A stretch of 64,000 nt of DNA from Amoebidium appalachense (taxonomy: Eukaryota; Protista; Ichthyosporea). Shown here piece after piece: positions 1-11,892 of this stretch. The DNA is taken from positions 2,232,001 to 2,296,000 of the forward strand of contig CAVNZM010000014.1 of assembly GCA_963693365.1 (NCBI GenBank), read 5' to 3'. The notes under the pieces were generated by a model. It did not search any database. It was given only the letters and a program-made list of their open reading frames with translations, and had not been told where the DNA came from. The first letter of the stretch is position 1; each line of letters begins with the position of its first letter. The translations under genes and the position numbers were made by a program.

Positions 1-432
1 GAGAGCGCCGGCCGCAACCATGTCCGCTTGAACACCAAGAAAATGGACTTAGAGACAACATTCTACCTTCGAAGCTCACAGGTGGACGCCTGCTTCATCG
101 CCGAGTCTGGTACCGTGCGCCTAGCAGAAAACTGCCAGGCAGACAGCGTGCAGTATGCATACTACGTCCCCGATGGCAGGACCAAGATTCTCCTACAAAA
201 CGGTAACAAGGATTGTCTGCGCACAGATGACGGCGAGGATTTCACGTGGTCCCAGTGCACTCACTCTCACGAGCAGTTTGTTTACAACACCGCGACGGGT
301 CAAATCCGCCAGGTAGTTGATGGTGTGGCGCAGTGTGTCACGGCGAATTTTGGGCCCCAGGGGGTGTGGACTACCATCGACCACTGTGATGATAACGACT
401 CCAACCAGAGATTCTACACCGTCCAAGCTTGA
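1..432 (+). CDS. C-terminal part of a ricin-B (beta-trefoil) lectin domain protein; 5' end lies outside the window
   Basis: Frame is open from base 1 to TGA at 430-432. It shows three Cys-paired subrepeats ending in Q-x-aromatic motifs (ACFIAE..ENC..VQYAY; DCLRT..SQC..EQFVY; QCVTA..DHCDDNDSNQRFY), typical of ricin-type trefoils. Confidence 0.7.
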   Translation, partial: ESAGRNHVRLNTKKMDLETTFYLRSSQVDACFIAESGTVRLAENCQADSVQYAYYVPDGRTKILLQNGNKDCLRTDDGEDFTWSQCTHSHEQFVYNTATGQIRQVVDGVAQCVTANFGPQGVWTTIDHCDDNDSNQRFYTVQA

Positions 433-879
433 GAAAAAGATTGGAATTCAGTCACCCCATGTTGGGATTTGAAGGCTGAGTGAGTGACTATACTTGTTGC
501 ATTATATCGTGAGTGTTCAAATGCATTGCTGACACAGTCTGCCACATCTCTCAGAGTCCTATGTAGGGGCTCAGTATGTACAATAAACGGGAATATCACT
601 GTATGTATATTAGTTACTATTAGCTAATATTTCTATTATGGGCCTTTCAGGGGCTTGTACCCACCCAAAGGATGGTGGTGTGAAACGAGACGTCAATAAA
701 ACCGTTATTGACGGAAAAGAACAAAACAGACCTTCGTGTATAAAGAAGACAGGGTCCAAGCTACACTTAGGTGCCCCCATAATATTGATTGGCCGAATGG
801 AGCGCGCGCGGCCGATGAAAGCGCAAGTATCCCATAATATTGCATATGTATGCAACTACCTGGACTCAGGGGGGGTAAG

Positions 880-1001
<122 letters not shown>

Positions 1002-2396
1002 ACGCGCACACGCGAGTGTGCGCATGAGTGCGTGTATGTGCGTGCGCACACACGCGTGCGTGCATCTGTGTGCTTGCGTGCATGCATGTGTGCCATTGTG
1101 TGTGTCTTGCATGTCTGTGTGTGTTTGTGTGCCTCCGTGTGTGTTTTTGTGCGTGCTGTGTGACTGTGCATGTGCCATAGTGCATGCATATCAAATGGTG
1201 GTATTTCATGTGTATACCATTCATACCACTGGTCAGGTCCGTGAGTTAGCAACACAACGTGGATAAAAATGACCCATCATCCTAAGATTCTTGTTGCCAT
1301 GTTCCATTTCAGACCACCAGTGTGTAGCCCACTATGACTTCTTTCTGCTTTCAGTGACTGGACTTAAGAATTCCGTGTTCACCTCCCATGAGTTTAGACT
1401 CGCCCTGCCCTCCATCATCCCCCCCCCCCCCCCCCCCCCTTCTCCCCCTTCTCCTCCCCCCCCCCCCCTCCCCCCCCCCCCCCCCCCCCTCTTCCGGCAC
1501 TCCTCCCCGTGTCCAGCCCAGTTATCAGACAACATTACGAAAGGGTATGACTGCTCTCTGAGCTTGTGAAGTGAATTCAGTGGGAGAAGGGGGATTGGAA
1601 GGTAGGAGGAGGGGCAAGTGGCCGATAAAAAAAAAAAGGATTTGGGTTTTGCGGTTGGGGCACTTCGTTCTTCGTTTCAAGTTCTTCTTCGGTTCCTTTT
1701 TTTTTTTTTTTTTTTTTTTTTTTGGGATGGGGGGGGGGGGGGGGGGGGGGGGATTAGGAAGATGTAACTACTAGAGGTGTCGAGGGGATGAGATTTGTGG
1801 GGCTCAATGGATGGTTTGGAGAAGGCAGGCTCGAACCCTTTTTCATGTGGGAGGAAAACATTGATTTTTGGTCGGGACGGGCGGCGGGGGGAGAGGGGTG
1901 GGTGGGGCAGGGGAAGGGAGGGGAGGGGAGGGGGGGGGGAGAGGGTTTATGTGTGTTTGAGTATGTGTGTTGGACGGGGAGAGAGGGGGGGATGTGTGTG
2001 CGCGTAAAGTTTGTTGGATGATTGGGAGTGGGGGAGCCCCCCCCCCCCCCCCCCCCTCTCCCCCCCCCCCTGCTTCCCTTAGCCACTCACCAACTCAGCC
2101 GTATGCGATTATGTTCCAACAAGTTACGTTTCCCAATAATTAGTTGGTTGGAGAAACGTTGTTGTATAGCTATCTTGTGCGCGTCTGTGCGCGTGTGCAC
2201 GTGTGTGTGTACAGACGCTGTGAAGCTGACAGGGTGTGTGCGAGTGTTTTTTTGTGCATATTCCAGGGGGGGCCGGGGGGGGGGGGGGGGGGGGGGGGGG
2301 GTGTACACATATGTGTGTGTGCTTATGTCTGTGCGTACCCGTCCCCGCGGGCCCGCGTGTGTGTATTTAACCAGGGTGTGTGTGTGTGTGTGTGTG

Positions 2397-2457
<61 letters not shown>

Positions 2458-2630
2458 CGGCGGCGGGTGCGTGTGTGTGCGCATGTGTGTGCGTGTGACG
2501 GTGTGTGTGTGTGGTGGGGGGGGGGGGGGGGGGGGGGGGGGGGGAGGGGGTACAGCTAATTCGCAAGGCGGACCCGCGTATTTGGATCGCTATTGACATG
2601 GGTTGCAATCTGTAAACTTCGCTCTTTCCT

Positions 2631-2661
<31 letters not shown>

Positions 2662-3502
2662 CTCTCTGTCCTCTCTGTGTGCATGTGCATGTGCCTGCGT
2701 TCGCCAATATAAGCCTATGTGTACGTGTGTGTGTGTATGTGTGTGGGGGGGGGGGGGGAGGGGGGAGGGGGGGCAGCTAAATTCGCAAGGCGGACACGCA
2801 TATTTGGGTCAATCTTGATACTGCATGCAATTGGTGGTTATGCAAAATGATGTTGCAAGGGCACGCTGGGTTCATGGCCCGATTGACTTAGAAAAGCATG
2901 GTGACAACCGGGAGGAGGAGGGGGAGGGGGGAGAGGGAGGGGGGGGGGGTAGTAATTTGTTCTCCTTTTTTTTATACCTTTTCTTTCTTTCTTTCTGTCT
3001 TTCTTTCTTTCTTTCTTTTTCTTTTTTTTTTTTAAGGGGGGTAGGGGGGGAGGGGGGGAGGTTGGGAGGGAGGGAGGGGGGGGGGGGGGGGGGGGGGGGC
3101 AGACCCATCCACCCCTCCACCAGCTAACAGCGAGGGAAGGGAGGGGGGGAACCCACGGGCCACCTGACTATTAGGTGCTCCCCTCTTCCCCCCTCCTACC
3201 CCCCCCCCCCCCCCCCCCCCCCCCCCGCCCCAACCACCACCACCACCACCACCCAGCCACACACACACACACACACACACCCTCTCACTCCACATCCTGC
3301 CATGAATACATCCATGATTACTGATGAGAGTTCACCATGATTTAGCTGTAGGTTACATACATTCGCAAAACATTAACATCGAGGGCAGCTCAGGGCTCCT
3401 CGATCACCTGAAATTCAGGATGCACACTCCGGGCAATCCCCCCTCCCCCTCCAAACCCCTCCTGCGTGCACGGAACTCGTCTTCCAGTCTCCTCATAGCA
3501 CA

Positions 3503-3552
<50 letters not shown>

Positions 3553-3555
3553 GTG

Positions 3556-3633
<78 letters not shown>

Positions 3634-3645
3634 AAACACACATAT

Positions 3646-3741
<96 letters not shown>

Positions 3742-3804
3742 ACACGCACACACACTGACACACACACACACACACACGCACACACACACACACACACACA
3801 CCGT

Positions 3805-3841
<37 letters not shown>

Positions 3842-3946
3842 TCTCCCATGTACCCATGCACACGTTTACATTTGTATTTTAAACCCATGTCCCTAGGAGA
3901 ATTTAAAGTCTGTGGCACTACGCACCGACTGTACCCTTGTTACATT

Positions 3947-4032
3947 CGGTGCGAATGCCGGAGTCAGCTAAGTCAACACACCATTACCACGGTGCGAATG
4001 CCGGAGTCAGCTAAGTCAACACACCATTACCA
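3947..4032. repeat. Two-copy tandem duplication of a ~43-bp unit
   Basis: cggtgcgaatgccggagtcagctaagtcaacacaccattacca is present twice head-to-tail. Confidence 0.9.
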
Positions 4033-5652
4033 ATCCTAACTCATACACACCTAGCTCAAAGTTTTTGCCCCAGCCTTGCCAGTGCGGAGTACCTATAATA
4101 CACACATGTACCACACGCTGTGCACATGTACGAGGTGCAAAAACCTACGATGCTGACCTGCACAAGTACATAAGTTGCAGATACACTCAACATATGATTA
4201 ATGGCTACCACCTAATGGGGCGGTGTCTCCTTTTTTTTTTTTTTTTTTTTAATTTTTTTTTTAACTTAAAAGGGCCGCCTGAGTAGATGTTAAAACGTCG
4301 CACGTGCGGCAACACGTCAGTACGTGTTAGGATATATAATGGGAAACAAGCACATGAATACACACCGAAAATGTCTGACGTACACACATGGGTTAACAGA
4401 CAATGGCAAGAAAAAGACCGACACCAACGTGTGCACGCGCACACACACACACACACGCACAAACATGTCATGCTGAGGTGTACACGATGGCACACACAAA
4501 TGCACACACGTACGGCGACGCATTCTTTCGGAATCTCGCTTGGAATCCCCTCACTTTCCCTTCCCCCTCCCGCCGTCTCTATTTCTCTCTCCCCCCTCCC
4601 CCCCCCCCCCCCCCCCTCCCCTCCCCCCAGGGCCTCGGCCCGCCATCTTCTCTTTCTCCACCCCGAAGTTCCCCACTCTCCCCCTTCCCCCCCCCCCCCC
4701 CCCCCCCCTCCCTTCCCCCCTTCTCCCGAAACCGCTAGTGATCATGAGTACATATGCCAGTGCACGAATCGTCAACAAGACTTACGCAGGCCAGCTCACA
4801 CACAAAAACGTGACACAGAAAACACACACACGTGTGTGGGCGGGAAAAGAGCACCGACACATGTAGAGACTAGCTAGCAGCCAGGCACACTAGTACTCAC
4901 GGGAGCATGATATATCCTTGAACAGGAACACTGTAGCATGGTGGCCTACCACAAGGAGGCACACACATGCGTGCGCACATACAAGCCGCTGTGACACATG
5001 TACACTTGCACACACATACACACACAGGCATACATGAGGGATTTGGAATAGGGCACACAATGATTACTGCTTTCGTCAACAACACGATGTTTTCACACAC
5101 ACATGCTGGCACCATGCGGCAAGCACACACACACAAGAAGAAGAAAAAAACATGCGCATTGGCACACCACATAACACACACTGTGACATGCATGCGCACA
5201 CGCGCGCGAACACTGCACGGACGGGGGAGCATGTTGCTTCCACAAAGTTCGTAGTAATTTCACCCGTCTCCATACCGGACCGTAACTGTAACGTAATTAA
5301 CCCATACAGGTTGGTTGGTTGGTTGGTTGGTTGGGGGGCGGGGGGGGGGAAGGAGGATGGGTGGGGGAGGGGGCAAGGGGGGAGTGGGGGGGGGGGGGGG
5401 GACGGGGGAGGGGAATTTGGGGGTGGGGTGGGGGGAGGGGGGGACGTGTGTATGGGTGTGGGTGGGTGTGGATGGAAGCATGCACAATTTCGTGTTGAAT
5501 CCATGATGATAGTAGCGTGTGGCTTTGTCTCATTTTACTTCCACAGTTCATCATTTTCCTTCTTTTCCCTTCTTCTCCAAAACACACCATTACCATACAG
5601 GGCTATTCTTCCGAGTGTCTCACTTGTTGTTTATTGGTTTTTTGGTTTACAG

Positions 5653-5947
5653 GTGGTAGTTGGCGGTGGCAACACGGGCAGCGTTTACGGTGAGCTCAAA
5701 CGGCAGCCCAAAAAGGGATGTCTGAGCACGGCAGAGGCCGTGGGGGAGGTCGTGGGTGTGCTGCAGTGGGGGCAGGAGGAGGTCGTGATGGCAGATGAGG
5801 GGGTGGGTGGGTTTTTTTTTTTTTTTTTTTTTTTTGGAGGGGGGAGGGGGGGGAGAGGGGGGGAGAGGGGGGGGGGGGATGTGTGTGTGTGTGTTGTGTG
5901 TGTGTGTATGTGTGCGTGTGTGTGTGTGTGTGTGCGTGCGCGCGCGT

Positions 5948-6000
<53 letters not shown>

Positions 6001-6150
6001 ACACGGTGTGTGTGTGTGTTTAGAGGGGGGGGAGGGGGGGATGGAGGTGGGTGGGTGGGCAGCCCAAAAAGAGATGTCTAAGCACCGTGGATGCGGTGGG
6101 AAAGGTCGTGGGGGTGTTACAGTGGGGGGAGGAGGTGGTTATTCAGGTGT
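5653..6150 (+). pseudogene. Two orphan exon-like fragments of the C-terminal DTW-domain motif (DTWD2/TapT-like tRNA acp3U transferase)
   Basis: After the acceptor ttacag, 5653 reads VVVGGGNTGSVYGELKRQPKKGCLSTAEAVGEVVGVLQ. A diverged copy at ~6058-6150 reads QPKKRCLSTVDAVGKVVGVLQWGEEVVIQ. RxQPxxxCLSTxEA is the DTW C-terminal signature. No upstream DGTW exon was found. Confidence 0.55.
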
Positions 6151-6344
6151 ATTTTTATTTTATTTTTTAGATGTGGGTTGGGGGGGGGGGGGGGGGGGGG
6201 GATATGGGTGGGGTGAGAGGGGAGGGGGGTTGAGGGATGGGAGAGGGGGCCTATGAGTGTGGGTGTGTGTGTGCGCATCCCTGAATGTGTGCGTTCTGTG
6301 TGGGGATGGGGAGGGGGAGGGGGAGGGGAGGGCGCCCCCCCCGT

Positions 6345-6397
<53 letters not shown>

Positions 6398-6479
6398 CTG
6401 GCTGGTGGACTTGACGTATGCTGGTTCGAGTATCCACCGACAACATTTCCATTCGAAAATTGCATGCGCATATATATAT

Positions 6480-8030
6480 ATTATCGATTTTACCGATCTT
6501 TTAGCTAAAACGTGCTAACCTTTTTTCCGCAATAACCATACCGCGTAGGGGGCCCCCCGGCAGATTCGGCCTTCTTCCACAACCGGGCCGTTTGGTTGGC
6601 TGGCGCGGGGCCGGGGTTACGTAAGGCGGTGGGGTCGGGGGAGGCCAGACCACGATATGGAGGTTTGGGGGGAGGCCTGCGCAGGGCCTTACGTAAGCCT
6701 TACGTAAGGCGGTCAGGCGGGGGCGGGCGCTAGGTAGAGCACGATACGGAAGGCGTGGGTCTGGGGAGGTTTATGTGGCGAATCGGGCTGCGCGGTTGTG
6801 AAACTTGCGCTAATGACGTCGTCAGTAGGGAACCAGTCAGATTCTTCGGTCGTGGAAGTTGCAGAAGTGGCCTCGTGAGCCGTGATAGTGAACCAGTCGG
6901 AGGGCCCGGTTGTGAAAGTTAGCTAATGAGCGTTAATTACACCTGTAGCTTGCACAACCGGGCGATACCATTGGGTAGTGGTTTGAAGTTTTATGATTGG
7001 ATAAAAACCATTCAATCCTTTTGGCGGGTATATATAAACGTAGATCTGGGGGTAGTATATAATGCAGCAACACGATATTTGACGCTCAGTTTTTATAATG
7101 CCGCCGAAGCGAAGCAGAGCAAAGCAGAAGAAAGTTGTACAGCCTCCTTGTGGTACTAGTGAATATGCAGTTGCGAGCATAAGCCTGAACATAACCAATG
7201 CGGGTGGGAATGTGCGATACCATTTGGTAGGCCTTTTGAATGAAATGGTTGGGTAGGAATCACGGTATTTGTCTTAGCGGCTAGTGGAGAGGTATAAAAA
7301 GGGTGAACACGATATCGTCGATCACTTTGTGACGCAGCGCGGTGTGGAGCAGGGTACTCAGAAGAAAGCTGTCTGGAGCGAGCCTTTTTCTTGTTAGTAC
7401 TGCATAACAGTCAAACTCGAGTGTGGATATCTTTGAACACGAGTAGGAGGTTTCCTCTTTGTCGAAGTACTGTTTGTTGTTTTTTTGACAAATAGTATGT
7501 TAAGATAGTCGCAGAAGTTCTTTCTTTTTACAATTTTTTTATTGCGGACTGCGGCTCAGAGGAGCTGTCAATGTTAGGCACCTCATAGAATTATGGTCGG
7601 ATCATTTTTCGAAGCTTGGTGAACATGAATTATTGGCGGCAACTGATCTGAGTGCGAGGTGATGGCGCTTCAAGCTGAGATTGGTCAGGGCCGGAATCGG
7701 ATCCCTGACAGGTGCATTGTGGGTCGAAAGACGTAGCGTAGGGCTACCTTTCGTAAAAACATGCAGATAACCGAATTGTCCAATTTACCGTAAAAATTCT
7801 AACCGTTCTTTTTTCTTGACAGCCAACCTGAGGTTGAGGCACGGCCATCTAGGTGTTTCTAGATGGCCGTGGGTTGAGGCAACCTGTGGCCGTGCAGAAG
7901 CAATTTGAGGTGGAAAAATCGGTCCGATTGGCAAACGAATCGGGTCAGAGGCAGCCGCGGGTCGAAAAGCACAGAAGGGTCCGTGCGCCAATCAATGTCA
8001 AAAACGATGATCAGTGGCTTTCGGGTCGAT
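6480..8030. mobile_element. Non-coding palindrome- and direct-repeat-rich segment, probable non-autonomous transposon-like element (ends not defined)
   Basis: About 1.5 kb free of microsatellites and without a convincing ORF. It has repeated cacaaccgg/cggttgtg, cacgata and ttacgtaag motifs, two diverged direct repeats 252 bp apart (6962, 7214) and several hairpins. Confidence 0.4.
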
Positions 8031-8096
8031 GGTTTTTTTTTTTTTTTTTTTTTTTTTTGGGTGGGTGGGTGGGTGGGTGGGTGGGTGGGTGGTGGT

Positions 8097-8146
<50 letters not shown>

Positions 8147-9204
8147 GGGTGGGTGGGTGGGTGGGTGGGTGGGTGGGTGGGTGGGTGGGTGGGTGGGTGG
8201 GTGGGTGGGTGGGTGGGTGGGTGGGTGGGTGGGTGGGTGGGGGGGGGGGGGGGGGGGGGGGGGGGCTTGGCTGACTGCTGGACAGATTGTATTTGTTGAA
8301 CAGAATGCACCGAGAGAATGTAAACATTGTGTGCACACTGTTGAAGATGCGCAAAATGATCGTTGGTGGTGGTGGTGTGTGTGTGTGTGTTTGGGGGGGG
8401 AGGGGGGGGGGGGGGGGGGGAAAGAGGGGGGGGGGGGGGGGACAGAGGAACACAAGTTAGAGCGCATAATACCTATTAGTGGCATGTTGAGCCCGTGCCA
8501 GTATAATTGTTCTGTGGTCGTGTGGTTGTTGTGGTGATAAGGGAAGTATCACTATATTTGTTAGCATTGGGAATTATTAAAGACCCGTACACGGGGGTGA
8601 AATCTTATGTTACAAGTATTAAAGCCTCTACGTAGCATGAAATGATACATGTTTTCACGGATAAATGCTTGCAAGAACTAGTACAGATACACCGTTGAGG
8701 ATAAAATAAAAAAGGCGCAAGTGTACCCTATTATGTACCATCACATACATATTCATGCGCGTGTAGGCATGATGACAGGTGTTACCTAATCGGAATTAGC
8801 CAATTATTTACACACCATTTTGGCAAGTGGCTGACCATGAAATGTTAGTTTTGTCCCCTTGCTGGCTTACTTTCTTGGCTGCAGCGCTGCCTGCAGGACC
8901 ATTATTTCTGTAAAACAATATAGTAAAAATTATACTGAAGCTTTCAGGAAATATATCATATAACAGCAAAAAAAGAGCTCTAGAGGGGTGATAACATGTA
9001 CATCGCTACAAACTCGGCCAGGAGTCCGAAAAACTATTATGCTGCATGCGTACATGATATTCGGGACCATTGTTGGTATTCAGTAAGCATGTATTAGTGT
9101 TTGCATTATCACTTGTGCACACACACAGAGGTACCTATGATTTCACCGCAAAACTCGTCTCGATGAACTTGGTGATTGGAACAAAAGCAGACTGCATAAG
9201 TCTG

Positions 9205-9346
<142 letters not shown>

Positions 9347-9388
9347 GTGCGTGCGTGCGTGGGTGCGTGCGTGCGTGCATACGTGCGC

Positions 9389-9427
<39 letters not shown>

Positions 9428-9530
9428 GAGTTGCTGGGCGAGGTGGGGGAAGGGAGGGGAGAGAGAGAGGGGGGGGGGGGAGGGGGGGAGGAAGAGGGGA
9501 AAGAGAGAGAGTGCACGCACGAGAGACGGA

Positions 9531-9626
<96 letters not shown>

Positions 9627-9636
9627 AAAGAGAGGG

Positions 9637-9677
<41 letters not shown>

Positions 9678-9735
9678 AGAAGGAGAGGGAGAGGGAGAGG
9701 GAGAGTGAGAGGAAGAGAGAGAGAGAGAGAGAGAG

Positions 9736-9776
<41 letters not shown>

Positions 9777-9777
9777 A

Positions 9778-9832
<55 letters not shown>

Positions 9833-10130
9833 AAGAGAAGGGGGGGGGGGGAAGGAGAGAGAGTGCACGCACGAGAGAGAGACTGAGGGGGGGTGGGAAG
9901 GGGGGGGGGGGGGGTTTCGATTAGAAGGAGTGATGTATTTGCTGCATCACACTGCATGCCAGTGGCACCAGAATACGACTTGGACTCCAAAAGTCAGCGT
10001 TCTGACTTTCATTGCATTCACAGTTTAACAACCAAGCAATTTCCGTTACTGGCCAACCACAGTAGCCATTTCCCCGTATACTGTTCAATATTGATTTGAA
10101 CTGGGCAGGCTGCCTGAGACTTGGCATCTA

Positions 10131-10225
10131 ATCACCCACACAATTAAAACTTAGCGCTGTGCAATACTTGGTAAACTCTTGACAAAGTGTACAGCGTTAG
10201 GTTTTAATGTGTGATTTGGGTGGAT
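10131..10225 (+). ncRNA. Long imperfect hairpin, candidate pre-miRNA-like stem-loop
   Basis: attaaaacttagcgctgtgca pairs with tgtacagcgttaggttttaat over 21 contiguous pairs, 3 of them G-U on the + strand. The stem extends by cac/gtg and atcaccca/tgggtggat. Confidence 0.3.
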
Positions 10226-10511
10226 CTCGCACCCGTGGTTGATAACTCACCCGAAAGATGTTTAGGAATTCACAGATTTTGGGTCCAGCCCCTGCACAGT
10301 CAACGTCCTACTCACGTTCATCATGAGCATGATAGACTAGTAACACTTTGAAAGAATCTGGAAAAGAGACTACTGAGAACCCTTGTTTTCAACGTGTGTC
10401 AGGTGTACATGTCACGATGCGGATGTGTGTTTTTGGGAGAGAACAGTGCGCGGGGCGATGTGCCAGAACTCGAGGTAGAAACATATCGAATTGGAGTCCG
10501 TGGACCCGTCT

Positions 10512-10550
<39 letters not shown>

Positions 10551-11797
10551 GGGAAGAAGGTTAGAATGTGTGCAGAGTAGAACTGTTCGAAGTCCATACT
10601 CACAGTTGACGGACAGCACAAATGTAGTGGTGGTTGTGGGTGCGGGTGTGCGTGTGGTTGTGTGCCTGTGTGTGTGTGTGTGTGTGGGTGGGTTTGGAGC
10701 ACCCAAGTCCATACGCCGGAAGTCCCCGCGCACCTGATTGGACAAAACACGATCCGATGACGTAAAATCAGGGGAGAACGATTCGATCCCCAAGCGACAT
10801 AAAGGGGCCGTCAGGCCCCTTTAGCGGGGGGTTGGGGGGGCGGCAGCCCCCCCATTTAGGGCCCAGACACACATAGGGTTATGGTTATTGGGTAGGGCTT
10901 CCTTCGTATAGACCTACCTCGGTTTGGAGGGGGGGGGGGGGGGGGGAGGGGGAGGGGGAGGGAGGGAGGGAGAGGGATAAGGGAAGGTTCTTAAACCGCG
11001 AATTCTATGGTCATGCGATTCGCTAAGCTTCTCTTATTAAATTCTTTATAAAATTCTATGCGCTTAGGCACATTGGACGATATAAAATCAAAGTCAAATG
11101 TTTATTGGCTCAGCTGTACGCACCAGGCGCACCTAAAAATAAACACAAGCCACTTCCAAGTTTGCCGCCCAATTTCGTACCCGGACCTAACGCTTCTTCG
11201 ACTTTGAATAATTACCTTATATGAATAATCCGATTGGATCGAATTCGAAGACCAATCGGATTCGATGTAAACCAATAATAATAACCCGTGGACAAAGATC
11301 CATCATCCGGTTCGGTGCTAGTACTTCACGGTGGCAAGCTTTGTAGCCAAAAGATTGCCCGAGAGTAAATTGAAATTTATCTAAACAAAATAGAAACAGG
11401 CTATAACCACAGAAAGAGTCTTAATACTGAGCAGTTTGCAGTCAGTGAGTTATTTCTCTGTACAAACTAGACATTGTACCATGTCTCCCTTTTCCATTAC
11501 ACACCGATACACATGCTCTATTGGAGATTGGGCTAAGAGCACCGTAACAATGAACTATAATAAATACAAATCCTACCATCCACAACGGGGGAATTATACT
11601 CCATCTAACCCCTACATCCATCCGACACCACCAAAAGAGAAAAGAGGAAAGGAAAAAGGAAAAATCAAAAGAAAAAAGGAACGGGAAAAGTGCAATTCTA
11701 CTAACAGTAGCAATCGAGGGACGGACGCTTCTCACAAAGCCAGTTACAGGGAGCTATTCGTCAGACTCGCGTGTTTGTGTTCCTGCTAAACAGGGGG

Positions 11798-11828
<31 letters not shown>

Positions 11829-11892
11829 GAAAAGAAAGAAAGTAAGAAGGGGGGGGGGGGTCACGTTTTTCCCCCTGAGTGTACCGCGTCTA

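Noticed and set aside
1230-3500. Possible minus-strand exons (e.g. ..VNTEFLSPVTESRKKS, ..DQKSMFSSHMKKGSS, donor-like site at 2090)
   Set aside because: I could not assemble a phase-consistent model or recognise a domain.
6400-6445. GGTTCGAG as a tRNA B-box or tRNA gene
   Set aside because: No cloverleaf, no A-box and an imperfect B-box. The same applies to ggttcgaaa at 60022.
8080-8240. (GGGT)n as a telomeric repeat
   Set aside because: It is internal, merges with poly-G and is not TTAGGG-like; an ordinary G-rich microsatellite (G-quadruplex potential is trivial here).
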